DNA from: an uncultured Hyphomicrobiales bacterium
Lineage (GTDB): Bacteria > Bacteroidota > Ignavibacteria > Kapaibacteriales > UBA2268
Assembly (NCBI GenBank): GCA_964499465.1
Contig: CAZCLJ010000002.1
Coordinates: 1 to 51,075, forward strand
Reading direction: 5' to 3'
DNA: 51,075 nucleotides
Part shown: one piece after another, positions 34,379-43,678 of the stretch
How the letters are laid out: every line of letters starts with the position of its first letter
Numbering within the stretch: the first letter of the stretch is position 1
Made by a program: the position numbers and the translations under genes
The notes under the pieces: model-generated
What the model was told of the DNA's origin: nothing
The model's database searches: none
The model's input: only the letters and a program-made list of their open reading frames with translations

Positions 34379-35590
34379 TCAGAATATTTTTATATACGAA
34401 TCAGATAGTTTTTCGTATGTGTGATTAAGAAGAATGTGTTCTTTGCCTTTTCTCCCAATTTCCATACGGTCATTTTCAGACATGTTGTATAATTTCAAAA
34501 CCGCATTTGCTATAGCATCAGGATTCTCAGGCTCAACAGAAATACCGGATGCCGATTCTTTAACAGAATCGTTTGATTCAATCTGCACTGAATGAATTAC
34601 AGGCTTGCCTGCATACATATAATCAAAGAGTTTATTAGCTGAAATTCCATATTTATACAGATTGTTTTTGTGCCATCCAATATAAAAAACATCTGCAAAT
34701 GAAAGCAGCGACGGCACCTGTTCTTTTTTTACCGGATCAATAAAAGTGACATTTTCAAGTTTTTCTTCCTCTTTTAATTTTATAAACCGTTGTTTTTCTG
34801 AGCCGTCACCAGCGATAACAATATGAATTTGATCATTATTCCTTAGTTTTCCGGCTGCGAACAAGAGATATTCCAATGCATTCGAAATTCCGATCTTCCC
34901 AGCATACATTACAATAAACTTTTTTTCAGGAATACGATTTTTCACTTCTGGATCGATATCTTTTGCGTTGCAAATCTCCTCTATATCAATACCGTTAGGG
35001 ATATGAACAAACTTATCCTCTTTCATTCCATGTGATATCATGTGGTTCTTTGAATTCGGAAGAACTGAAACTACACGATCAGATACTTTATATGAGAAAT
35101 TCTCAAAAAACTGTGTGAAAACTACAAAAGGATGTTTTTTTGAAATACTACCTATTTCTATCAATGTCAAAGGCCAGATATCTCTAACTTCAAAAATCAG
35201 TCTGGCATTGAATTTCTTTTTGTAATAATAACCGTTAATTATAGAAAAAGGGGTTGGGGATGTCACAATTACAACATCAGGTTTTCCAAACTCTTTTTTA
35301 TTAATTAAAAACATCTTAAGAACATAAACAAAAGCATTGAAAATTCGTCCCAAACTCTGCGATCTTGAATACTTCGGTGTTTTAATCCAGCAATATTCAA
35401 TCCCGTCTATTGTCTCTTTTCTTGTATTCCCCTCAACCTCCGGCGGATTTGAATATATATGGGAGAAAGAACCTGAGAATATGACAACTTCATAACCCTT
35501 TTTTACAAATTCTTTTGCAAGATAATACGGCCTAAATACCATCCCATGGATTCTTGATCCAGTAGTTTCATTAATTATCCAAATATTCAT
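34379..35590 (-). CDS. GT4 glycosyltransferase (WbuB-like)
   Basis: 403 aa. The N-terminal GT4 domain and the C-terminal FDYMYAGKPVIHS motif region are typical of this group. Confidence 0.75.
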   Translation of the reverse strand: MNIWIINETTGSRIHGMVFRPYYLAKEFVKKGYEVVIFSGSFSHIYSNPPEVEGNTRKETIDGIEYCWIKTPKYSRSQSLGRIFNAFVYVLKMFLINKKEFGKPDVVIVTSPTPFSIINGYYYKKKFNARLIFEVRDIWPLTLIEIGSISKKHPFVVFTQFFENFSYKVSDRVVSVLPNSKNHMISHGMKEDKFVHIPNGIDIEEICNAKDIDPEVKNRIPEKKFIVMYAGKIGISNALEYLLFAAGKLRNNDQIHIVIAGDGSEKQRFIKLKEEEKLENVTFIDPVKKEQVPSLLSFADVFYIGWHKNNLYKYGISANKLFDYMYAGKPVIHSVQIESNDSVKESASGISVEPENPDAIANAVLKLYNMSENDRMEIGRKGKEHILLNHTYEKLSDSYIKIF

Positions 35591-35624
35591 TTCTTTCTCA
35601 CCAAAATAACCAGGTCAACAGAAG

Positions 35625-36749
35625 CTATCTGCTTTTTCTTTTCATTTCAAGTATATTTATATAAATTTCAATCATCGTATCAACATTGTCTTTCCAGTTA
35701 TATAACTTTTCAACTCTTTTTCTTCCCGCTACGCCCATTCTAACACGCAATTCTTCGTCAAGTACAAGTATTTCAAGTGCTTTCGATGCTGCATAAGAAT
35801 TTTTTCTCTTAATGACAAATCCCGTGACGCCATCATCAACCACTTCAGGAAGCCCACCCGCATCAGAAACAACAACTGGCTTTTCACATGCTCCGGCTTC
35901 AACAATTGCAACACCAAAACTCTCTTCTTCAGATAATGCTATAAAAATATCAATAATTTTATGATATTGCGAAACCTTAAGATGAGGAACCATTCCTTTA
36001 AAATGAACTTTTTCTTTTAATCCCAGATTTTCAACCATTTTCTCAAGCGTTTTTCTTTCGTTTCCGTCACCTACTATCAGAAGTTTTAACGGAATATCCG
36101 GATGTTTTCTTGTTACAATAGAAAAAGCTTCGATCAGAAAGTTGATGCCATATTTTTTTTCAAGCAGTTTCACAGTGCCTACAACAAGATCTTTGTCATT
36201 AAATGGAGAAAGCTCTGATCTCGAAACCTTTTCTTTCTTAAACACATTCAAATCAATTCCGAATGGTGTTACAGTAATCTCTTTGTTGGTATAACAAGAT
36301 GTTTTTTCAGCCATAACATGACTTGTTGAAAGAATTTTATCAGCTTTTGACAAATTAAACCTCAAAACCATTCGATGAACAAACGATTTTTCAGGAAATT
36401 CAAAAACATCAGACCCCCACACCGAAATAACAAACGGATGAAAACCGCTTAAAGCACCGAGTAAACCGTAACTTGAAGCAAAATGTGCATGAACAATATC
36501 AGGTGTAAATTTTTTTATCTCCCTTTTCATAAAAGGCAGCACTTGTAAATATTTTATTTTCCCGAATCCTCCAGCGGAGCTTCTCTTTTGAATGTCAAAA
36601 ACCGTAAATGAAAACATTGAATCAGGATAATCATCACGGTTGAAATTTTTTAAACTGAAAAGATGAACAGTTATTTCATTTTCCACGAGAGATTTGATCC
36701 ATTTCCGAGTATGAATTGATGATCCGTCTGAAAGGAAAAAAACTTTCAT
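35625..36749 (-). CDS. GT4 glycosyltransferase
   Basis: EESFGVAIVEAGACEKPVVVSDAGGLPEVVDDGVTGF (E-x7-E region). Confidence 0.85.
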   Translation of the reverse strand: MKVFFLSDGSSIHTRKWIKSLVENEITVHLFSLKNFNRDDYPDSMFSFTVFDIQKRSSAGGFGKIKYLQVLPFMKREIKKFTPDIVHAHFASSYGLLGALSGFHPFVISVWGSDVFEFPEKSFVHRMVLRFNLSKADKILSTSHVMAEKTSCYTNKEITVTPFGIDLNVFKKEKVSRSELSPFNDKDLVVGTVKLLEKKYGINFLIEAFSIVTRKHPDIPLKLLIVGDGNERKTLEKMVENLGLKEKVHFKGMVPHLKVSQYHKIIDIFIALSEEESFGVAIVEAGACEKPVVVSDAGGLPEVVDDGVTGFVIKRKNSYAASKALEILVLDEELRVRMGVAGRKRVEKLYNWKDNVDTMIEIYINILEMKRKSR

Positions 36750-37876
36750 TGCTCCTCCTTCCCGTAATTAATTAACACATCTTTAACAAAGGTCGCCCTT
36801 TCTATCCAGCTGTGTTTGTTTCTAATTTGAACAATGTTTTCTTTTTTTCTTAAAATATCATTGGAATCTTTCATAATTTCCGAGAAGAAGTCTTTGTTGT
36901 CTAAATCAACCGTCCAGCCGATATTGTTATTTTCCACAAAATCAGAGGTTGCTGTTCCTTTTGTTGTGATAATTGGCAACCCATATGAAAGTGCTTCAAA
37001 AAGTTTATATGGATATGCAAAAGAAAGATATGAAAACGGCTTCCATAAAATCGCATAAATGTCTGCATTTAAAAAATATTTTCTTATGGTTGCACCGCTA
37101 CCATGAATAATTTCTATGTTTTTTACATTTGATATATCGTAGTAAGTATTTGTATTTATAAACTCTTCCTCCCTACATATAAGAAAGAGTCTTAGCTTTT
37201 TGTTTTTCTTTATAGCTTCAAATAATGGACTTAAATCATAAAGAGGCGGAATAATGCCTCCGGCATAAACAACAGTGAGTTCATTTTCTATTTTCTTAAT
37301 ATCTTTTAAATCAAAATTTGTTATATCACATCCCGGCGGCAAGGCGAAGATTTTGTTTATTTTTATCTTTACCGGAATTGATTCAACCATTTTCTCAGAT
37401 GGAAGGAAAAGAACATCAAACAATCGGTTATACATTAAAAGATCATATCTGTAAAAGAGTGTCGCAATAAATCTTTTAAAAAACCCTGTTGCATTCTTAT
37501 ATTGCTCAAATACCCAATGGATATCACGATAAAACAAAGCAGTGGAAATAGAATTATCTTTCAGTTTTTTAATAAAATGGAAGTCCAAGAATGGAGCCAC
37601 AGGCAAATGATTAGGTTCTGTTAAAAGGGTTGGCATCGTTGATGATTCGCAATAACAAAAGTCATATTTTTGACCCATTTCTATTCTTCTCAGAATTTCT
37701 CTAATTTTGGTTTTCCTTTCATTTGCATAACCAGACACCACATCAACATTATACCCAATATTCTTAAAAGCTTCTATCATCTTCAATGGCCGCAATCCAC
37801 TTGCTGAAGCAGGGTCTTCGAACAATGGAAGAGGCGTATGAAAAATCATGTTTTTTTTCTTCTCAGCAATACTCAT
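36746..37876 (-). CDS. Glycosyltransferase (GT1/GT4-like fold)
   Basis: C-terminal YKLFEALSYGLPIITTKGTATSDFVENNNIGW. 4-nt overlaps with both neighbours. Confidence 0.65.
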   Translation of the reverse strand: MSIAEKKKNMIFHTPLPLFEDPASASGLRPLKMIEAFKNIGYNVDVVSGYANERKTKIREILRRIEMGQKYDFCYCESSTMPTLLTEPNHLPVAPFLDFHFIKKLKDNSISTALFYRDIHWVFEQYKNATGFFKRFIATLFYRYDLLMYNRLFDVLFLPSEKMVESIPVKIKINKIFALPPGCDITNFDLKDIKKIENELTVVYAGGIIPPLYDLSPLFEAIKKNKKLRLFLICREEEFINTNTYYDISNVKNIEIIHGSGATIRKYFLNADIYAILWKPFSYLSFAYPYKLFEALSYGLPIITTKGTATSDFVENNNIGWTVDLDNKDFFSEIMKDSNDILRKKENIVQIRNKHSWIERATFVKDVLINYGKEEQ

Positions 37877-39270
37877 CTTTTAAAATCAGCTCTTATTCTT
37901 AAAAAATATCTTTCCCCTGTATTTATTATTCTTAAGAAAATGCTGAAAAAAATAATTAAAGAAAAAACTAAGAACATCATCACAATCCCAGCATTGTAAA
38001 TAAAATCATTAAATCCTCCCGTTATCGGCCATTTTAGAGTTAGATAAACCATTAACGCAAGAAAAATTGGTGTTTTTTTTGATCTCAATATTGATATATA
38101 ACTCCATTGAATTACAAAACCGACCCAAAAAGGCGACAACAACACTCCAATTAATCCAAAATTTGCCCAAGCCTCACCGACAAAAAGGCTGTTAATAACT
38201 CCTCCCGTGCCATCATCAATTGCTGAAGGCATAATTATAGACATAATTATTCTGGCAGATCTATCGCTTTTATCAATAGAAAAAATCTCAGAAATAACAT
38301 TAGAAAAACTTGAAAATCCCAGAAAATTATTCTGCACAGGAAAAATATCAAAAGAGAAAAAAGTCCCAGCCGATTGACTTAGAAGAATCCTGCCGGAAAT
38401 CCCTTCATTAAATTTTATAAAAAGATCGGGTATCCTTTCCAAATTTGATCCCATTACTGAAATGTATAAGAAGATCAACAAAGAAAGAAGAGAAATCATC
38501 GAAAAAACTATTACTTTTCTACTAACTTTTCCATCAACTAAAATTTTCAACAAGAAGAACCCTAACAAATATGTCAACAATGGCGATTTTGCAAGACTAT
38601 AAGTTGAAATAAGTAAAGAAAAGAAAAGCATTATTAAAAACCAGAATAAATCGAATCTGGATTTTGTCATTTTGTAATACCCAAATGAAATGTATGACAA
38701 AACAGGGGTTAAAGCTATTGCAAATATATTTCTAACATAAATATTCCCTCCAAACTCAAGGGAAGCCTCAATTCTCAATCTTGCTAAAAATTTTGAACTT
38801 TCTCCTGAAAGAAGACTCAGCACAGGCATGCTTCCGATGGAATAAAATGTATAGCATACTGAGATTATTGATATAGAAGAAAGAAATAGCAACAGCAGTC
38901 TAAGATATGAATCATTTTTAGAAACTATTGGTTCAACATTCTTCACACCATATCTCTTTAACAGTTCGCCAACATCCTTTTCTTTAAGGAGAAACGAAGA
39001 AAACAACATCCCCAAAGGCATTGCGATCATGGAATAGTTTACTGCCAACCAGCCGTAATATCTTGGGTTCTCAGAAGTAAGTCTGCTTATCAAGTAATGA
39101 TTGTCGATGTTATTAACAACAAGCAGTGCTCCTATAAATGACATGAGAAACATCTGAACATAAAAAATGTAGGATATCATATTTATTTTATTAAATGCCA
39201 TAGTTCCTGCGTTTTTCCGAAATAAAAGAAACGAAAAAACAAGAATAATAAAGCTGATGAAATAATACAT
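37873..39270 (-). CDS. Polytopic membrane protein, probable O-antigen/oligosaccharide-repeat polymerase (Wzy-like)
   Basis: 465 aa with about 10-12 TM segments. The call rests on its position within a Wzx-dependent cluster. There is no strong motif. Confidence 0.5.
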   Translation of the reverse strand: MYYFISFIILVFSFLLFRKNAGTMAFNKINMISYIFYVQMFLMSFIGALLVVNNIDNHYLISRLTSENPRYYGWLAVNYSMIAMPLGMLFSSFLLKEKDVGELLKRYGVKNVEPIVSKNDSYLRLLLLFLSSISIISVCYTFYSIGSMPVLSLLSGESSKFLARLRIEASLEFGGNIYVRNIFAIALTPVLSYISFGYYKMTKSRFDLFWFLIMLFFSLLISTYSLAKSPLLTYLLGFFLLKILVDGKVSRKVIVFSMISLLSLLIFLYISVMGSNLERIPDLFIKFNEGISGRILLSQSAGTFFSFDIFPVQNNFLGFSSFSNVISEIFSIDKSDRSARIIMSIIMPSAIDDGTGGVINSLFVGEAWANFGLIGVLLSPFWVGFVIQWSYISILRSKKTPIFLALMVYLTLKWPITGGFNDFIYNAGIVMMFLVFSLIIFFSIFLRIINTGERYFLRIRADFKR

Positions 39271-39271
39271 A

Positions 39272-40669
39272 TTAAGAGTCCAATATTTTCATATATATAT
39301 TCTTTTTCCCGATAGTATCGAATGCCGAGTTATGCCATAGCAATGAAAAACTACCTCCAAACATTTCAACTACTTTCTTAATATCAAAAAAAATCTTTTC
39401 GGCGTCAATAGTCAACCCTAAATTCATATAAGAGATATCAATAACTGTTTTTTCCATAATAATCAAAGGTTTCTCAATAACATCAAGCCGTTTCCTTTGA
39501 ACAACATTATAAACCGGATGATCATAGCATATTCCGCTTCTAAAACCAATATGATCAGCGAATCCGACTGAAGAGTCATAATTAATCCCAGCTTCAGACA
39601 GATAGCTCCATGTTTGAGGCACACTGAATCGAAGATAATGTTGTCTGGATCCCCACCTGTCTTGAATAATGCCATTTTCAGCACATACATTTTGGAGTTT
39701 TACAAACTCATTTTTAAGCTTTTCAGGGTTATCAAAAGTATCGTATCCAGGATGCAAACCTATCTCATGTCCTCTCTTGTGTATCTTTTTCATCAGATTG
39801 ACTATTTCAGGATCATTTATTGAATAATCGCAATTGATCTTGTTATCTGAATGATCAGAAATAAAATAAAAACAACTTTTCAATCCGGCCTTTTCGCTCA
39901 AATCCATAATAAAATCAAAGGTGTTAAAGGGATCTCTGTCTATTTCACCCATTTTAACGGTTAAATAGCTTTTAACACTTTCATGTGCTTTTTTTACAGA
40001 CTTTCTTCTAATTAAATCTGCACCGGCAATTTTTAATAATGTTATTGGCGACATATTAAGGTATTTAAAAGGTCTGTCGACATCGTGACTCAAGACCATT
40101 TCAAATTTTCTCTCTTTTCTTTTCATTTCAGGCCACAGATTTTTTATTGAAGCCCATAAAATTTCAAGATATTCATTAATTATTGGACGATTTAGAAAAT
40201 TTTCTCTAAACGCCAAAGATGCACTTGCCGGAAAACGGTCATGATTGTCTCGATCTTTTCTGACAACTTCTTCATATCTGGTAAGCATAAAAAAGGCACT
40301 GCCGAAAACATCTACAGGAATAAAAATTTCTTCTTCAGAAACATTAATTTCACTTTCATTTGTGCCGTAAATAAGCTGGATTTGATCCGAGGAGAGTATC
40401 GGGTTGCCTGGAAAAACAGAACTGTTAATCATTTTGAGCGGCTCTTTGGGAAGAGACTTTTCTTTTAGCCAGTCAGATTCATTCATGGAAAAAAAAGTGT
40501 CAACAATAGAAATGTGCTTTATGCTATCATCATAAAAGATTTTCACAGTATCGGTTGTTTCTTTAAATTCGACTTCATACTCAAGTCCGAGAAATTCATT
40601 AAAAAAAACATCTAAAATGTATCTTCTTTCATTAATGAAAGAAATTGGGGCAGTTATATTTAATTTCAT
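39272..40669 (-). CDS. Polysaccharide deacetylase-like (CE4-type) protein with an N-terminal extra domain
   Basis: The His/Asp-rich LSHDVDRPFKY and GHEIGLHPGYDT resemble CE4 metal-site motifs. The assignment is tentative. Confidence 0.45.
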   Translation of the reverse strand: MKLNITAPISFINERRYILDVFFNEFLGLEYEVEFKETTDTVKIFYDDSIKHISIVDTFFSMNESDWLKEKSLPKEPLKMINSSVFPGNPILSSDQIQLIYGTNESEINVSEEEIFIPVDVFGSAFFMLTRYEEVVRKDRDNHDRFPASASLAFRENFLNRPIINEYLEILWASIKNLWPEMKRKERKFEMVLSHDVDRPFKYLNMSPITLLKIAGADLIRRKSVKKAHESVKSYLTVKMGEIDRDPFNTFDFIMDLSEKAGLKSCFYFISDHSDNKINCDYSINDPEIVNLMKKIHKRGHEIGLHPGYDTFDNPEKLKNEFVKLQNVCAENGIIQDRWGSRQHYLRFSVPQTWSYLSEAGINYDSSVGFADHIGFRSGICYDHPVYNVVQRKRLDVIEKPLIIMEKTVIDISYMNLGLTIDAEKIFFDIKKVVEMFGGSFSLLWHNSAFDTIGKKNIYMKILDS

Positions 40670-41877
40670 TTCAACAATCTTTTAATAATTGAGCGAATTT
40701 TTGAAAAAACAGTAAAAAACAATGGCTTCACATCTCCGTATTCCCATTCAGCAACAACAAGTTTATTGCATTTTAGAGAAATGTACCATTCATAAAAAGA
40801 TTTATGCCATTTGAAGAAACCATCTTTTTTATATCTAAAACAAGAATTGTACAGATCGTCTATTATCTTTACATATCTTACGCTACCATCAGATTTGTCA
40901 GAAAAAACCACCTCGTTGCTGTTATTCGTGCTATCAGTCAAATTCATATAAGCAATAAGAGGAAGGTTAACTCCGCAAAAAGGAGTTATTCCTATCCATG
41001 ACCACGATCGCGGGTTGATTTCTATTAGTTTAAAAATATTTTTTCCAACATCCTTTTTATACTCAAATTCAGCAATTCCGGTATAATTTAATTTCTCACA
41101 TATTTTTTCTACTTCCTCTATTACTGTATCTGGCATTTTTTCAATTTGTCCAACGACACAATCACCAATATCTGCTGGATATCCCCTTACTTTTCTACCA
41201 GTAAAAACTCCCTTAATATTACCCTCGTAAGAAAAAATGCCTACTGTGTACATTGTATCAGAAAAACCCTCAATTAATTCTTGAATTAAAAAGTGACTAA
41301 TAATTTCTTCGTGTTTTTTTTCAAACAACAACAATTCTTCTTTAAAATTAATCCTTGTTAATCTAAGTTTATCAAGAAGTGAGAAAAGCGAATGATTTCC
41401 ATTCTCAGGTCTTCTGTTCTCTGGTTTCACAATTAATGGATAATATGCCTGAGAAATTTTTTCCTTTTCATCAAACCGCCATGTTTCAGGAACAGAAAAA
41501 CCATTGTTTTTGCACCAATTAGAAAAAGCTCTTTTTTTCAGCAATAGATCTACTGTTTCAAAGCCAGATGAACATAAAATGTAATACTCTGATAAAATCT
41601 TATAATTTTTTGAAATAACTAGTACCCAAGAATCATTAGTAGGAAATATTATGGGTTTTTCTAAAAATCTCTTCCCAAAATCCAATAAAAAATCAATAAA
41701 CTCACCTTCATTAATGGTTGGATCAGGACATTTTATATATTTTGCATATTTACTGTAAGTTCCTACATTTCTAAAGGTGTCCATTGCATATACGGGGATG
41801 TTGTTTTTCCCGAGTTCCCGGATAATACTTAACCCATTATAGTAACAATTAAAAACTATTGCGCTTCTTGTATACAA
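40666..41877 (-). CDS. ATP-grasp domain protein (carboxylate-amine ligase-like)
   Basis: 403 aa with an ATP-grasp pattern: PLIVKPENRR..., LIQELIEG..., EFEYKKD...KLIEINPR. Confidence 0.7.
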   Translation of the reverse strand: MYTRSAIVFNCYYNGLSIIRELGKNNIPVYAMDTFRNVGTYSKYAKYIKCPDPTINEGEFIDFLLDFGKRFLEKPIIFPTNDSWVLVISKNYKILSEYYILCSSGFETVDLLLKKRAFSNWCKNNGFSVPETWRFDEKEKISQAYYPLIVKPENRRPENGNHSLFSLLDKLRLTRINFKEELLLFEKKHEEIISHFLIQELIEGFSDTMYTVGIFSYEGNIKGVFTGRKVRGYPADIGDCVVGQIEKMPDTVIEEVEKICEKLNYTGIAEFEYKKDVGKNIFKLIEINPRSWSWIGITPFCGVNLPLIAYMNLTDSTNNSNEVVFSDKSDGSVRYVKIIDDLYNSCFRYKKDGFFKWHKSFYEWYISLKCNKLVVAEWEYGDVKPLFFTVFSKIRSIIKRLLK

Positions 41878-42406
41878 AATACCCTCTGAATGGTTTTGAA
41901 TAAAATGAAAAAATATTTCTGCCCCAGAACTTCAAAAGAAAATTGTTCTCCCGAATCACATATCCGCATTTCTCATGTGATCTTTTTGAAGCGAAATTGT
42001 TTTTTTCTACAACAGCTACGAGTGTTTCTACTTGAACTTTTGATCTTTCAGAAAAATAGTCATTAATATAATTAAGTAAAATCACATAAAAATTTCTGCC
42101 TCGAAAAACTGGATCAACAAATGATGCATAAATCAATCCTTCATTGTGTAGAACAGGGTAATTGTCATGCCACAAAAGCTTTTTTGTGCTATTTATTACA
42201 ACATTTGTAACTGCACAATCGTTATTTATAAATGGACTTTTAATTCTAAAACTAAATTTAATGAAACCCTTATTATTAGCTATCTGGACATCAACATTAA
42301 AACCTTCAGGAAGAACTGTAGTGCAGGAATTTATCTCACCTGGTATCAAATAATAAATCTTCCTGATTTTAAACCATCTTCTTTCTAAATATTTACCTAA
42401 AAACAT
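41849..42406 (-). CDS. GNAT-family N-acyltransferase
   Basis: GNAT motif A region: VDPVFRGRNFYVILLNYI...VEKNNFASKRSHEKCGY. The start was chosen at MFLGKY (42406); the track ORF reaches 42430. Confidence 0.6.
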   Translation of the reverse strand: MFLGKYLERRWFKIRKIYYLIPGEINSCTTVLPEGFNVDVQIANNKGFIKFSFRIKSPFINNDCAVTNVVINSTKKLLWHDNYPVLHNEGLIYASFVDPVFRGRNFYVILLNYINDYFSERSKVQVETLVAVVEKNNFASKRSHEKCGYVIRENNFLLKFWGRNIFSFYSKPFRGYFVYKKRNSF

Positions 42407-42407
42407 C

Positions 42408-43667
42408 TTATTTATACCTTCCGGAAGCAACCAAATAACAGGCGAAAAACATAAAAATATAGTAAATAGTCATCACAAAAGAAAAAAGAACAAGAAAATC
42501 TTCTACATCAAGACCAAGCATCCATGTTAGAAAAAATATGCACATCATTGTCATTAGTTGTAAAAAAGTGAGAAAAAGACTTACTTTCTGTTTTTCAAAA
42601 ACACTCATTGTGACGGAAAGGGGAACCGCTACAAACCTTACTGCAACTAAAAAAGAAAGAATTCTGGCATATTTCCCTGCGATTCGCCATGATTCACCAA
42701 AAACAAATGCGAACATTCCCTCTCCCGCAAAGAAAAGTATTAAAAAAACTGCCGCTGCAACAACAATTAAATATTTAAAAGAAACGATGAACACATCTTT
42801 AGAATTTCCTGCTTTATTTTTTTCTTCTGCAGCTTTTTGGAAATAAGCATCAGAAATTGAAGAACCGATCAAATTTAATGGTAGGTTGACTGCTTTATTA
42901 ACCAAAGAATAGTGTCCCAGAATTGATAATGAAAAAAAAGATGACATGAAAACACTTATTAAATTCAGAGAAAGAGTGTTCGAGAGAGCCGCCGGAAGAG
43001 AATATTTTGGGAATTCCGAGTATTTTTTTGCTTGAATCAAAACTTCTTCTTTATTTACAATGTGAAATAATTTTCTTTTTTTATATAAATTTTTTAAAAA
43101 AGAACTGTTCCCGAAAAAATGCGATATAATTTCTCCAGTCATTAATCCATGAGGAACAAAACCAAGAAAACCGAGCAGAATTTTAATTATTGAAGATGCT
43201 CCAGATTTTACCGCTCTTGAAATCGAAACACTTTTAAAATCTTTTAACCGCAAACTAAAATATCTGAGACTGTTATATGATGACATCATAAAAACAACAA
43301 GTGGAACAAAGTACAACCATAAAGAAATTGAATTATTTCCCAAAAGATTAGTAATTTCGACATTAAATACGATAACAACAATCATTAAAACAGTAGAGAC
43401 GAGGAATGCTGTTGCAATACAGAACACCAGCAAATTAATCGCACTTTCTATTTTTTCAGGCAACAGAATTGAGAGCTCATATCTTCCTGAAGCTAAAACA
43501 CTGAAAATTGAACATAAGCTAAAAAAGATTGCCAGAACACCAAAATCATCCGGCGAATAGAGCCTTGTTAATAAAGGTGAAACCAAAAACGGCAATACTT
43601 GAGCAGAGGTTGCTCCGGTAAACAAAGTCAGAATATTTTTAAAATATTCATTTCTAATTTTAAACAT
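42408..43667 (-). CDS. wzx: Wzx-type oligosaccharide flippase (MOP/PST family)
   Basis: 419 aa, about 12 TM segments, typical N-terminal LTLFTGATSAQVLPFLVSPLLTRLYSPDDFG. Confidence 0.75.
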   Translation of the reverse strand: MFKIRNEYFKNILTLFTGATSAQVLPFLVSPLLTRLYSPDDFGVLAIFFSLCSIFSVLASGRYELSILLPEKIESAINLLVFCIATAFLVSTVLMIVVIVFNVEITNLLGNNSISLWLYFVPLVVFMMSSYNSLRYFSLRLKDFKSVSISRAVKSGASSIIKILLGFLGFVPHGLMTGEIISHFFGNSSFLKNLYKKRKLFHIVNKEEVLIQAKKYSEFPKYSLPAALSNTLSLNLISVFMSSFFSLSILGHYSLVNKAVNLPLNLIGSSISDAYFQKAAEEKNKAGNSKDVFIVSFKYLIVVAAAVFLILFFAGEGMFAFVFGESWRIAGKYARILSFLVAVRFVAVPLSVTMSVFEKQKVSLFLTFLQLMTMMCIFFLTWMLGLDVEDFLVLFSFVMTIYYIFMFFACYLVASGRYK

Positions 43668-43678
43668 AAATGTTTTTC